Shown: positions 24,621 to 37,214, counted from the first letter of the stretch. The stretch is DNA of 64,000 nt from Felis catus (GCF_018350175.1 NC_058368.1:64978001-65042000); one strand, 5' to 3'. Translations and numbers: made by a program. Notes: a model not told the origin generated them from the sequence alone.

Positions 24621-24643
24621 TGTTTTCTTATTTGCTTCTGCAG
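24621..24643 (+). other. GPC5: 3' splice acceptor of the last GPC5 intron
   Basis: Polypyrimidine tract TGTTTTCTTATTTGCTTCTGCAG directly before the coding exon. Confidence 0.95.
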
Positions 24644-24798
24644 GGATGCCAGAGGAGATGAACCTCAGTGATGTAAAGCAGATCCATCAGACAGGCGGAA
24701 GTAGTACTTTAGATACAGCTGGATCAGGATGTTCAGCAGCGACTGATTCCATGGCATTTATGCTGATGGGTGCGGTGATGTTACTTCCTTGGCTTTAG
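24644..24798 (+). CDS. GPC5: Glypican-5, last coding exon (C-terminal GPI-anchor signal). Partial CDS; the first 2 nt complete a split codon.
   Basis: From 24646 it translates MPEEMNLSDVKQIHQTGGSSTLDTAGSGCSAATDSMAFMLMGAVMLLPWL*. This is colinear with the human GPC5 C-terminus as I recall it (WMPDDMNFSDVKQIHQTDTGSTLDTTGAGCAVATESMTFTLISVVMLLPGIW). Canonical acceptor and hydrophobic tail. Confidence 0.96.
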
Positions 24799-25580
24799 TA
24801 ACTGAACCCTTCCACCCTGCCACACCTGTCTTATTGGTATCTTGATTTCCCCCCGTCTTCATCTGACTGGAATAAAAAATCTTTTCGAATGTAACAATTA
24901 TATTTATGAAAAGGTATGTCACACTAACTTCTTATAAGCCAAGGGGGAACGTTCACAAATTATCTAAAAATGATAGACTGTTTGAAAACATGTCTTCTAT
25001 GATTCTAACTTAAATCTTCTTAAATTCTAACACATTAAACCTGCAAATGTGAAGAGCACAGAAGTGACTTTGAATAAGAAGGATTCAGTATACCTGTAAT
25101 TTTGCCATCTTTGATTCTTATCCCTTTTATCAAAGAAAAATGTCTTAAATGGAAAGTATATTTGCAGAACAATGAAAACAATACATAGTGTTTCTTAAAA
25201 TACTGGAATTAGAATTCCATTAAATGAATCAAAACAAATGATGGCAAGTAGTATGCATGAATTTTCAAGAGATTCTTCCATTTTTGCAAGCTATATGAAG
25301 AAATTACTTGAAGTCCGTAAGTTATAGAGTAGATTGTTGAGGAGCATTCCATGTAATTTCATTGAAGAAGCTTGATAAGTTTTATCCACTGTAACTTAGC
25401 CACTGACAAACCTTAAGCTGAGTATTTTGGTAGCATCTGATCTATAGTCTATTATATTCAAAGTGCATCTTTGTTATTGTGGCTTCGCTCCCTCTCTTTG
25501 CCAAATGGATTTAGCCATGTTGCAAACACACACCTGCTCTGGGAATATCTCTAAGAAAGCCATTAATTATTTAGTAGAAA
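24799..25580 (+). other. GPC5: GPC5 3' UTR (3' end uncertain)
   Basis: Repeat-free AT-rich sequence after the stop, resembling my recollection of the human UTR up to ...GGAATATCTCTAAGAAAGC. Hexamers: AATAAA 24871, ATTAAA 25034 and 25219, AAGAAA 25553. Confidence 0.7.
24871..24876 (+). terminator. Candidate proximal polyadenylation signal AATAAA
   Basis: Canonical hexamer about 70 nt after the stop codon; usage unknown. Confidence 0.45.
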
Positions 25581-27229
25581 GTTTGAAAAATGATATATTC
25601 ATCCATTCTCAAAATATTCTTTGCTATTTTTTTTAATTTTGATATTAACCATTTGCCTATCTGTACATTTCTAAGGTTCCTATGAATACCTAAAGGCATG
25701 TACTAATATGGAAAATGTAGCTTACAATACTTCAGCTCTTTTTCCATTTGCACATTAGCAGAACTGCTAATCCACAGTCCTTGATTTTCCAGTTGTGATA
25801 AGATGCCTCAGCAGGCACCAATTAGCATAGGTCTATCATTATACTTAAGAAGGAAGAGATAAGTCAGATTTTATTAAGAAGCATCATGCCCAGTTGACAG
25901 CCAAAAATATTATCACAAAGTGACAATAGGAAAGAGAAGTGCTAAATTTGTAAAAATGTTTAAAAATCAAAAGGATTTGAAATGACCTCTGAGAAGAAGT
26001 CAAAGAGGACTCAATCGACAGCAAATATTTGCAAGGCGAAATCAATCTCTCCAAATCAGGAAATATTACATGATCAAACCATGTTCTCTCCTGGGTTCTA
26101 AGTTAACTGAATGATCTGACAATGGTCAATTTAAACTATGATATGTTTAAACTGCCAAATCATATTTTATTGTCTGTTTAAACATACCTCAGAGCTGTGT
26201 TACTCCACCTGCCAATTCTGGCTGTCATTTTCCTAGGCTTTCATTCCAAATCATAATATTTATTCCATGATCTACTTGGTTTATAACTCATTTGCACCAC
26301 CATGCTCCACAAATTATAAACTTAAACATATATTTGGCTACTCTTTATTTAAGCTCAGCTCATTATTTAAACAACTCAAACAGGTAATATGAAGTCACCC
26401 ATTTGTGACACTTCAGCCCAAGTCATGACTGGTTTGCTCTGGCAAGACTTCTGCCCCAACCTTACCGGAATTTGGAAGACAAACTTAAGGGATGGTTCAG
26501 CAGACTAAGATGTTTCTGGATTAAATTCCATCATAGGAGGTAATTTTAGATATGGCAGGAAATGGAGAAAAGCAGAGTGGTTACAAAGTCAGTAGTATGA
26601 ATGAATATTTTTTATCAGCTAAATTTTACATACTCAAATGGGTGTTGTCTACCTCCAGGCAGGCACTTTGGAGACCATATGTATCACAGGAGTGCTACTC
26701 TAGCTTCAACTATGTGGAGGCTTTCAGAATTCCTTTAAGAACCTGAGGCATATTTTCTAATATTCTCAATGAGGATATTCATTCTTTAATATTCTACTCC
26801 ATAGCACTGTACCTTGGCACAGGTCTTTATAATTTAAAAAGCTCATTCAGATGGAATGGAGTATCACATTTGACCTTTCTCAGCCCTCAAAGATGGGCTC
26901 AATTTTTAGCCAAATAAAAACAGAAATATTTGAGGTTTGTGGTGTTTTTTTAATATGACTCAGAATTTGTATCTGGAGAATTTTCCTAAGTCTAAAACAC
27001 TTTGAACAATGGTAAGATTGTTAGACTATGTGTCTACTTTCTCAGATGACTGAAAGGATAACATTCAAGTGAATATACAGATTTTAAAATATCACTTGCT
27101 TTATAGTCACATATTATGCTTCGATCATTGAAACAAAGGCTTTTTCTTGAATTTGAGTTATTTTTATATAAATTCAAGTGATCCTAGAACAATCTAGTGT
27201 TTTACATGTATTAGGGAATAATCAGTGAA

Positions 27230-27440
27230 CAATCTGAGCTAACATTTACATGGCCCTTCCTCTCTACAGCACCACGATTAGTGCTTCTGTACACAGTCTC
27301 CTTTGGTCCTCCCCAAAACATTATCACCTCTACTGTACCAAGGAGAAAAACTGAAGCATACAAACATTATGTAATTTGTCTGGTGTCATACAACTCATCA
27401 CAGTAGAATCCAATGGGCAAACATAATGTCTCTGAACTGC
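27230..27440 (-). mobile_element. MIR
   Basis: Degenerate core AGGAGAAAAACTGAAGCATACAAACATTATGTAATTTGTCTGGTGTCATACA. Confidence 0.7.
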
Positions 27441-30400
27441 ATACATTCCTGGTTCAAAGATAGGATCACTCTGTAATAGTAGTAAATCTTCAAACTAGGA
27501 TTTAGAAAACAAATACAATTGACTATATAATTATAATTGTAAAATTATCAAACTACATATTAATGCAAAAGCATCAAGAAAAGGAAATGTAAACATGAAC
27601 TTTTTTCATTACCAGTCATTGCCCTCCCACATGTGGAAATCTCATTTGAACACAACAACCCCCAAGATAAATCAGCTGCCAAAAATGAGAAAAAAAAATA
27701 CACAAATTTTACAACTATCATGGAATCGTGAAATTTCTGTGAAACTGAAGGGTATAAAATATTTCTTTGGCCACAAGGCACAGAATGGCATAAAAAATAG
27801 GAAGGGCAGAATGTTATTTTTAAGGTCCTAGATTTGCCTTTTTATCCTCTATTTGTTCAGGAATGTTTTATCAATGAAATAATGTCTGGAGTGTTCTCTT
27901 GTTATTAAAGGATAGAAGTTAATAAGCTATTTCCTCCCGAACAGATTTCTGAAGTGCTCAGTGATGATGCTTTGAAAAGGATTCAATTGGTTTATTGCTA
28001 ATTGTTTTCAATCACTTAAAATATTGTTTCTATCATCATAGCTCTTCAGGTACAATAAAAATTGTTTCTTCTTGAATGAGTGAATTCAATCTAGACTTCT
28101 GTTATTCTATGAGACATTCACAGGGCAGTCTGTGATATCAGTATTTCTTTATGTTGCAAACTTTAGTATCCTATATAATTACATGGGTTGTATGAAATTT
28201 CAGAAATAATTCTTAATGTTGTTAGGTATGACTTTGAGCATATCAAGTTTTTCTTTAAGTGAAGATTGTTGTGTATTAATTATTTCTGATTAAAATACAG
28301 ATAAAACAGTTCTCAGATTGCAAGTATGCTTTCTTTGCCTTTGCTAGAATTCCATGGTGAGTGAATTGGCATTATAATGCAGTTCTTAAACTATTCTGCC
28401 TTCATGTGCAGGAAAATACTAAAGAATTTTTTTTACAGTATAATTTATATCTTCATAGTAGCAACAACAATAACATTTGTAACAAGGTGGGGTGGGTTGA
28501 ATATTTCTGGATAAATTTGCAAGCATAGGATTCAAGAGTATCTCACCTTCTTGCATTTATCAATTGTTACTCTAGAATCATTTTCACCATCAAGTATATG
28601 AGAAGATCCCACATCCTACCTTCCCCCCAAATTTTTACTTTGGCTATAACAAACAGCAAGGGAAAGAGGAGATAGAGGAATTTGAAATTCTACAAAATTA
28701 AAAACAGAATAGTAAATATTTAAGGATCAAGAATTCATTGGAGACAAAAGGAGTAGGATTGACCCATAGGAATGATTTGAGTAACCTGGTAAGTAAATTA
28801 CTCAATTCCTACTTCTATGACTTTCCATACCTACTTCTGAGAAGCACTGAACTAGAAGAAAGGAAGCATCTCAGAAGGAAAGCAACAGGGAGGGATCTCT
28901 GATTTTCCCAAGACTACCTGGTGAAGGCCACCAACAATAGAAAGAAACAAAGCCCAAATGCAAAACAAGTGCTATGAGCAGTACAGTGTAGGCACCTGTT
29001 GTATCCTATCTCTTTAAGAAATCTAGGCACTGACCAGGTAAAGAATTTTCAACATCAGCAGTTTCTTCAGAAAGAGGTTGAGAGATCCACAAAGAAAATC
29101 AAGAGTCCAACTCCATAATTGTGGTCAACATTGTCAAAGACTTCCAGAATACAATTTACAAATCACTGTCTTTTTCCAACTCACTTGCATTCCCACTGCT
29201 CAACCTGCTGCCCACATACATATTCTCACTCCCCACACACATTTTCTTGCTGTTCTATTTCTGTTTTGGTTTCTTACCTATAAAATTGAGTTAAGTGTAT
29301 CTTACTCGCGGAGTCAGAGGACTAGATTATGCAACACTTTAAGAATCCTCCTTTCCCAGTATATGTCTTAATAATTCATGTTTGTTCCTTTCCCATTAAG
29401 CCTTCTGTTCAAAGGCACATGTTCCCAGGATGCAACAATGACAAAATATTTAGTTATGGATTCCGCCTGTGGATAAGCTTTTGATATGTAAACAGAGCAT
29501 CAAGAAGGAAGTTTGAAAGTAAGTAGAATTTAGGCAGGGGAAACAGGGAAAGTAACAGGAGAACCCTTCCTGCCTGGTTTCATGCTTCATGTTTTGCTTA
29601 GGTCCATCCTGGCTACAAGGTTATTGGTTGAAAATATATTTCAAAACACATATTGGGATTTAGTGAGTAGTCTTTCTTTCATTCATCTTAAAGGTATGCC
29701 ATCCCTGACCCAAAATTAAAAACCCTCAACCTTCCCATCCTGCTTGAAATTGTACTTGACTGTCATGTTCATCTGCCATGTTGGTGACTGCCCCATGGAA
29801 TACAGCACAGCCCAAGTGGAGGTGAGAACCAACTGCCAATAAGCAAGCTGTGTGTTGCTCAATATTGCACTAAAAGTCACTACCAGCTCAGTATTTCTGA
29901 GAGGCAAAGTCACTTCCTTAAGTACATATTGCTAATAAGTGATGAAGTAGGTATTCTAAATTGAGTCAAACCTCAAAATCCTTCTTTCTACATACCATTT
30001 CATATTCCACAGGCTCAAAAAACCCTTGATCGGTCAGTTGATTAGGTTGGGCAATTCGTAGGTTTTACAAGGTATTTTTAAGTTTTCCCTTGTTACATTT
30101 ACTTTTTATTCTCATCTAGTCTTTCAGATATTTTTTTCTTTTCTGTTGTCTTTCTTTCATCTCCGATTTAGCTCTGGTAGTAAGGTGAGCTTCCTGAAGA
30201 GATTCCATATGCTAGGTGTCCTAGTGTGGCCATCTGATGGAGAGATTGGCTCAATCCCTGACTCACAATCATCCAAAAATGCTGGGGAGACCAGAACAAA
30301 CACGGCTTCGAAGGTTTCCATACTAATTTTCTGTATGACCTCCAACAACTCCCATACCGTCTTTGAACTTCAACTACGTGCTTGACCTAAATGAGCAATA

Positions 30401-32801
30401 AATTCTCTTCTGGGTTCCTAGTCTTAAAACAGGGAACACTGAGGCAGCAATACCGAACATTAATTTACTTGATGTCTTATAACCTATTATTAGTTAATAT
30501 CTAAAAGGTGCTTTAAAAAAGGAGTGGATAAAATGTAATTTTAGTTACAACTTTACGCATGTGTTTTTAATTCTAATTTTATCACAGCTAGAGATGTAGC
30601 TGTTCTACCTAAGATTGAGAGGAATAAGTCAAGGGAAGAATAGCTAGAACAAAAGCTCTTCAGCTTTCCCTTAATGGATAGGACAATATGCGTGAGCAAA
30701 GAAATCTATCCTGTCACTAAATACTTAGCAACTAATTGCTTTTTGTTCTAGCTAATTTACAGGAGGTTGGATCTGGCGCCTTCACTAATTCTACTGTGGT
30801 GTCTCACAAAATTTAAAAACAAATAATACATAGAGTGACAACCATCGAGAGATACAGAAAGATAAAAGGGTGTGGAAGTAAGAGATGAAGTTATAAAAGT
30901 TAGTTTGCCAGTGGTTTCTCTTCTCGCAGATTTTCCCAGGAGACCCTTTTAAATAGGCCTAAACAAATGTTGTTGCCTCTGATGATTTATTGCAGAACAA
31001 GCTGACAGAGCATAGAAGCATGTTATCTGGTCCCCTGTAGTGCAGGGGCTAATTCTGAAAATGAAGAAAGACCAGAAGTGCGGCAGTGGGAGAAAATGCT
31101 CTCTATCACTCAGCAAGTAAGCAGATGGAAGCTTGGAATCACAGCTTATTTTAAAATATAGCTCTTTAAACATGGTGTGTTTGTCATTTTAGTATTTTGT
31201 TCTTCATTTATAAAAAAAATTAATGAGAATCTAAAAATTTCATCACAGATGGCCAACTGCAATAAATTTATAATAAATATTTGTACTTAGCTACTATTTT
31301 AGCTACACGTCTATTACAGTATGGGAGTAATTGAATGTAAATACATCCACATATATACACATTTATCTCTATTTATGTATCTATAAAATACCTACCACAC
31401 ACACTCATGTGTATACTGTTGATTGTTGTTTTCGTGTTTATGCATTATAAACATCTATAAAACTTTCCTTATGTCAATTATTTCTGGCTTTTTAAAGCTT
31501 GAGAAGGCCAACAAAAAATAACTTTTTTCAAATTGCTACTTATTATTTTTCTATATGGACTTTCATTTTTAATTTGAAACAGATCAATATTAAACAGGGC
31601 TCTTACTGTACACAAGAGAATATATATGGCCATTGTACAAGATATACATGTTAAGTTGCATATTGATGAAATCTTCACTTACACAGTCTTATATACACAT
31701 TCTATTTTCCTTAAGAGACAGTTCCTCAAGGGAACAATGCAACAAACATAAATAGTTAACATTATTCTTATTACAAAATATGCACTTGCTTTCAGGTTGT
31801 TAGCTAACTAAAGGTAAGCTGACCAAGCATGGAATGACAATTCAAAGGAATTGAAATTTTCCTCATTTTTCCCAAGTCACCAATTGTGCTTTCTTCTTCT
31901 TTAATGACACTCATCTTTTAGTGTTCCATTGTCATTATTATCTATACTCCCAGTGCCTGTGTGGGACTCTATGTGGGGAACAAGAACTCAGGCTTGGAAA
32001 TAAGATGAATCCTGGTTCTACCACCAACTCCCTGAAACATCTGTAAAAAAAAAAAAAAGATGACTACCCCTACCCCTGATTTATTGGGTTTTACACAGAT
32101 TTGTTGGGATTTATACAATCACTGATTAAATCTTCCCAATAAATCTGTATCTATCATGACTGACTGGCACATTGCGGTATTAAAATTAGTTAACATCTTA
32201 TCAAAACTTCTTCTTACATGAAATCTTTCACACTAAGATGTAACTAATCTGCTGAAAAAAATCAATTGGCTTTATAACTATATGGAAACCTAAAGATCAT
32301 GTTTTTCTCAGTAAAGAAAGTTAAAATCCAGAATAGATTTAACACAACTGGATTGAAACAGGAGACCAGTGAATGCTCTTTAAGAAAAGTTCTATGTATA
32401 CTCTATTAAACCAAAATTTTTGCTTCAAATGAACTAAAAGATGCGTATTTGTAAATCCTAATATTCAATAGAAATTGCCTCATAACCACAGGGACTATAC
32501 ACACAGAAACAGGCAAATATATCACGTTGGGAGAATATGCTTAGCCTGATTCTAAAGGTCACAAAAGATAAAGCATTTAGAGAAATTATAAAATCTTAAT
32601 ATTACCTTGACATTCATTAAAATAGTGAGATAAAAAAATAGAGTTTCATAATATAATAGACGTCATATGTAATAAAACAGAGTATTCAGGACACCTTGAT
32701 AAATAACTTTCTAACGTATAGACCATCATTTTCAAATTTGCCAATAATTTACTTTGCAACATAGGAAATGTTTAATGTCACATTTAAAGTCATTAAAAAA
32801 T

Positions 32802-32996
32802 GGTTGCCTGGGTGGCTCAGTTGGTTAACCATCTGACTCTTAATTTTGGCTCTGGCCATGATCACATGGTTCATGAGATGGAGGCTGGTGTCCTGCTTGG
32901 CACTCATGGCATGGAACCTGCTTGGGGTTCTCTGTCTCCCTCTCGCCCCATCCCCTCCATCTCAAAATTAAATAAACACACATTTAAAAAAAACAA
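32802..32996 (+). mobile_element. Can-SINE, older type
   Basis: GGTTGCCTGGGTGGCTCAG head; TSD approx. TAAAGKCATTAAAA. Confidence 0.92.
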
Positions 32997-33645
32997 TAAA
33001 GGCATTAAAAGAAACTTTTTTGCTACTATTATTGTTTTCTACTATATTATTTTGATTTGCAATCTTCAGATTTACCATCTCTATGCCAGATTGTAATTAG
33101 GTTATATCCTGAAACATGAAGATCAATAGAACATTTCCATGTTTATTTTAACTGGTAGTTCTATTGTGCTATAGCATATTCCAGACTTTAAAATAATGAG
33201 AAAATATGAATATTTGAAATCCTTCTAAACAACTTCCCTTCGGAAGAGAGTTCTTTTATCCTATGTAAGACATAGGGACAAGTCAGCTGGAGTTGAAATA
33301 TGTGATCTTTAATTCCTAGAGTTTTATTCTTGTCTCAAAATCCCAAGAGATGGTAGCTCTTTGTCTTCATTGGGCCTAGAAACTTCTCTTATTCTTCTCT
33401 TATCAGCTAACTCTTGTTAAAACAGGGTCAATTGTCCTGTAAAACAGGAAACGTTTTGCAACTAAAGGATGGATTTCTCTGTAGAATAATAGAAAAAATA
33501 ATTTAATGGTCAGTATATTCATAAATATTAGCTCATATAGTAACTATGAGCAATTTACATCCCTGTTGTCCTTTGAGACTGATCTGAAATACAAGATTTT
33601 CTAGAAAACCTTAATCAACCTTTGTTCTGATTAAAACAAAATGTT

Positions 33646-33878
33646 GGGGCGCCTGGGTGGCGCAGTCGGTTAAGCGACCGACTTCAGCCAGGTCACGATC
33701 TCGCGGTCCGTGAGTTCGAGCCCCGCGTCAGGCTCTGGGCTGATGGCTCAGAGCCTGGAGCCTGTTTCCGATTCTGTGTCTCCCTCTCTCTCTGCCCCTC
33801 CCCCGTTCATGCTCTGTCTCTCTCTGTCCCAAAAATAAATAAATGTTGAAAAAAATAAAAAATAAAAAAAATAATAAT
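33646..33878 (+). mobile_element. Very young felid Can-SINE (SINEC_Fc)
   Basis: CpG-rich, intact A and B boxes, long A tail, TSD TAAAACAAAATGT. Confidence 0.98.
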
Positions 33879-34518
33879 AAAACAAAATGTGTCCATTGAA
33901 AATAGAAGAAACATCACCAAAAATTCTGTCAACCTCTGTTAATGTTTTGCTGCATTTTTAAAAATTTTGTGGAAATGCAGCTGTATAAAATATACACATA
34001 TATATCCAGATACAGAGATCCACAAAGAAGACACAGATATATACATACACAAAAAGAGATAGAGAGAAGTAGTGATTATATTTTTACATTAATATTCAAA
34101 GATGTGACACTTTATGATACAATGATATGATGTTTCCTTTTAAGGGCATCTTTATTGCTTAATAATATGTCATGAATTTTTCTGGGTCAGTAATTCTAAA
34201 AATTAAAATTGATTCAAAGTATCCTTCAAATGAATATCACATCCCTTAATCAATTCCCTATTGAACATTGAGTTATTGCCAATGTCATAAATAATGTTCT
34301 GATGAAAATCTTTACAAATTTTACACACCTCCATGATTATACTCTTAGATTAGTTCTTCTTCCTTAAGTTGGATAGGGAAAGGAGATACTTTATTCTACT
34401 TCGAATGACCACAATCACCAAGAACCAACCAAACAAATGATAAAGATACTAGTTATATTTTTCATAATAATTGGTCCTGTTATGTTTCATTGATTCCCCC
34501 TAATTAAAAGTAATTCTA

Positions 34519-34726
34519 TTTTTAAAAAAACTTTTAATGTCTATTTATTATTTTGAGAGAGAGACGGAGAGACAGAGTGTGAGCAGGGGAGACACAGAAT
34601 CTGAAGCAGGCTCCAGGCTCTGAGCTGTCAGCACAGAGCCTGACGTGGGGCTCAAACTCCCAGACCGTGAGATCATGACCTGGGCCAAAGTCGAACGCTC
34701 AACTGACTGAGCCACCCAGGCGCCCC
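34519..34726 (-). mobile_element. Felid Can-SINE
   Basis: TSD AGTAATTCT; head ...CCCAGGCGCCCC. Confidence 0.96.
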
Positions 34727-35304
34727 AGTAATTCTCTCTTTAAATCTACTTAATACAAAATTAGATTACAATCACTTGTGTATTTATCTTATTTTCTCAA
34801 GTAGATTAAAGGATATTAAGGGCTTTCTGAATCCTTTATGTTAGCATAGTCTTTAGAAATTAATAGATGTCCAAACATACATGTTGAATCAAATCTATTA
34901 CAAGGAGACACAAAGAGTATGTATGTCCTAACTGATTAATCTTAGAACTTTTCCATCTCAAAACATCCCAAAAATATCCAAATTCCTGCCTATATCAAAG
35001 GAAATTTGGGGAACAAATTATATAAACATGTGAAAATATTTGTAAATAGAAAAATAATGCAGATTATAATCGCTATTGTTATAGCCAAATGGACTATTTG
35101 CTGGGGGTCCATACATTTTTCAGTATTTCACACCTTACTTTTTACAGTGAAGTATAACCTGAGAGATGTGAAACTCTGAAGATGTCTGTATCAGAAAAGA
35201 TTTTATTAGACTGTGTATCTGCCAAGCACAGAGTCCTGTCTGATGAAAATCAAAATATGACCCTCTTCCCTTCACAGCTGACTGGATGGAGTAATCTAGG
35301 ATTT

Positions 35305-35608
35305 CAATGTCCAATAGAAATGTAATATGAACCACATACAAAATTTAAAATTTCTTAGTAGCCATGCTTAAAAAAAAGACTAAAAAGATACAGCTGATAT
35401 TAATTTATTACTATATTTTACTTAATCTACTATATATGAAATATTAATTTTTTATATTATAATCAGTGTAAAAATCAGCGAGATATTTTCCCTTTTTTGT
35501 ACCCATTTTTTTTTGAAGTCTAGCTTGTGCTTCCTGTCCTGCACATCTCAGTTCAGACGCACCTTATCACAGTTGCCCAGCTAGTGGCTACTGTACTGCA
35601 TAACACAG
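35305..35608 (+). mobile_element. MER33-like non-autonomous hAT-Charlie DNA transposon
   Basis: TGTCCAATAGAAATGTAATATGAACCACAT ... CTAGTGGCTACTGTACTGCATAACACAG, about 300 bp. Confidence 0.85.
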
Positions 35609-35814
35609 ATACAGAAGTGGAGAAGCCAAGGAACCTTCGGAAAAAAATGATCATTAAGAAGGCAAAAACTTGAGTAGCCTCTCAGTCAAAACTCTGAAGC
35701 AAGAGAATACATATTAACCTGGAGACACGTCCTTTTCTTTGTGTATTAGCAAAACCTGTCCTTTTAAATACTGATAGGAACTGAAAATTACAAAAAAGAG
35801 GGGACTTTGAGAAG

Positions 35815-36321
35815 ACAAAGATGCTCTCCTTGACCAAATTCTACTTAGTCTTTTCTGACTGCTCTTCTCAAATAGGTCCTAATTTTTGGGTTTCCATATT
35901 GGTTTCTGTATTGTCCAATTTTAACAAGAATCCTGCTAAGTCCGGTTAACCAGAATTCTCCATCAGTGCTATCTGGCCATCTTCAATATCTAACCAGACT
36001 CCTCATCCTTTACTCTTCCCTGAGTTGGTTCTGATCACCCTGGACTGCCTCAGCAAAAATTTTGTCAGATCATTTTATCAGAAATCCCCCATAGTCATGA
36101 TGTTTTCTCTTATTAAATCCCCATCCATTGAAAAGAAATAATCCACTTTTCTCCTTGGCTATTAATTCCTACTTGGCCTTTTAGTCTGAATTGAACCCAA
36201 ACTCTTTCCCCCCCTGCAAAGCCCCATTGAAGCGCTCCCTACAATTTATTGCAATAGTCCTCCCTGAATAAAGCCCTCCTTACAGTTTTAACAAGTGTCA
36301 TGAATAATATTTTTCTTTAAA
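35815..36321 (+). mobile_element. ERV1 solo LTR (MER31/MER67-like)
   Basis: GACAAAGATGCTCTCCTTGACCAAA start, CTTGGCTATTAATTCC TATA region, AATAAA and ...TTTTCTTTAAA end. Confidence 0.8.
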
Positions 36322-36729
36322 GTTTGGGATATTCAGAATGGCAGCATGAGGGACTCAGGGAAATGTTTCCAGGGTGAGGCATCTGTTACACTGGTCAAAG
36401 TTAGCATTGATAATCATTCAAATTCTCTGGAAATTGCTCAAAGGGTTTACACAAATTCAGAAGCATTTATTTATCAAAATCTAAGGAAATTGAGTACAAA
36501 CAATGTGAGGCAATGGCATTCCAGTTAGGACTGCATTCATCTCCCACAGGTAAGCCTTGAGAAACAACTCTTACAACAGCAGCCACAGCTGAAAGACAGT
36601 TTTTACCTCACCACCACCCTGCTTTCTGCCATGGATGAGCTCTTCCAGACAGATTATACAGCCGGCCATCATCAGTAGATTCCACTGTTCACACAGCACC
36701 AATAGTGCTATGTTGGGAGTGGCTACAGC

Positions 36730-37214
36730 CTGGTAGCAATTACATAAGAAAAAGAAATAGAAGACATCCAGATTGAAAAGAAAGAAGTAAAGGTATCTTT
36801 AATTACAAAGGACATGAACTTGTATGTATCTAAAGTATCCACTAAAAATATCAATATGAATGAGTTTGCAAGATGAATTATATTTCTATATCCTAACCAT
36901 GAACAATCCAAAAAAGAAAGCACTTCCACTTAAAATAGCATCAAAAGGAATAAAGTACTTAGAAATAAATTTAACAAAATTAGGGTAAGACATATACACA
37001 AACACTTCTATGTAAAACTATAAAATAGTATTGGAAGAAATTAAAGATCTGAATAACCAAGAAGATACCTCCTGTCCATGCACTGGAAGATTTCATATTA
37101 TTAAAATGGAAATAGGGGCACCTGGGTGACCTAATCAGCTAAGCCTCCGAATCTCTGGTTTTGGCTCAGGTAATGATCTCATGGTTCCTATGGGTACCTT
37201 TGAGCCTGGTTGGG

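Noticed and set aside
1..24643. Recursive splice sites (polypyrimidine-AG/GTRAG) in the long GPC5 intron
   Set aside because: The AGGT matches I noticed (e.g. ~10558, ~11551, ~16347) lack a polypyrimidine tract. The manual scan was not exhaustive.
24645..24671. Alternative frame of the exon (DARGDEPQ*) containing RGD
   Set aside because: The other frame matches GPC5 over 50 residues; this one stops after 8 codons.
33646..33725. tRNA-like A/B boxes as tRNA genes
   Set aside because: They are tRNA-derived SINE heads followed by CT tracts, A tails and TSDs.
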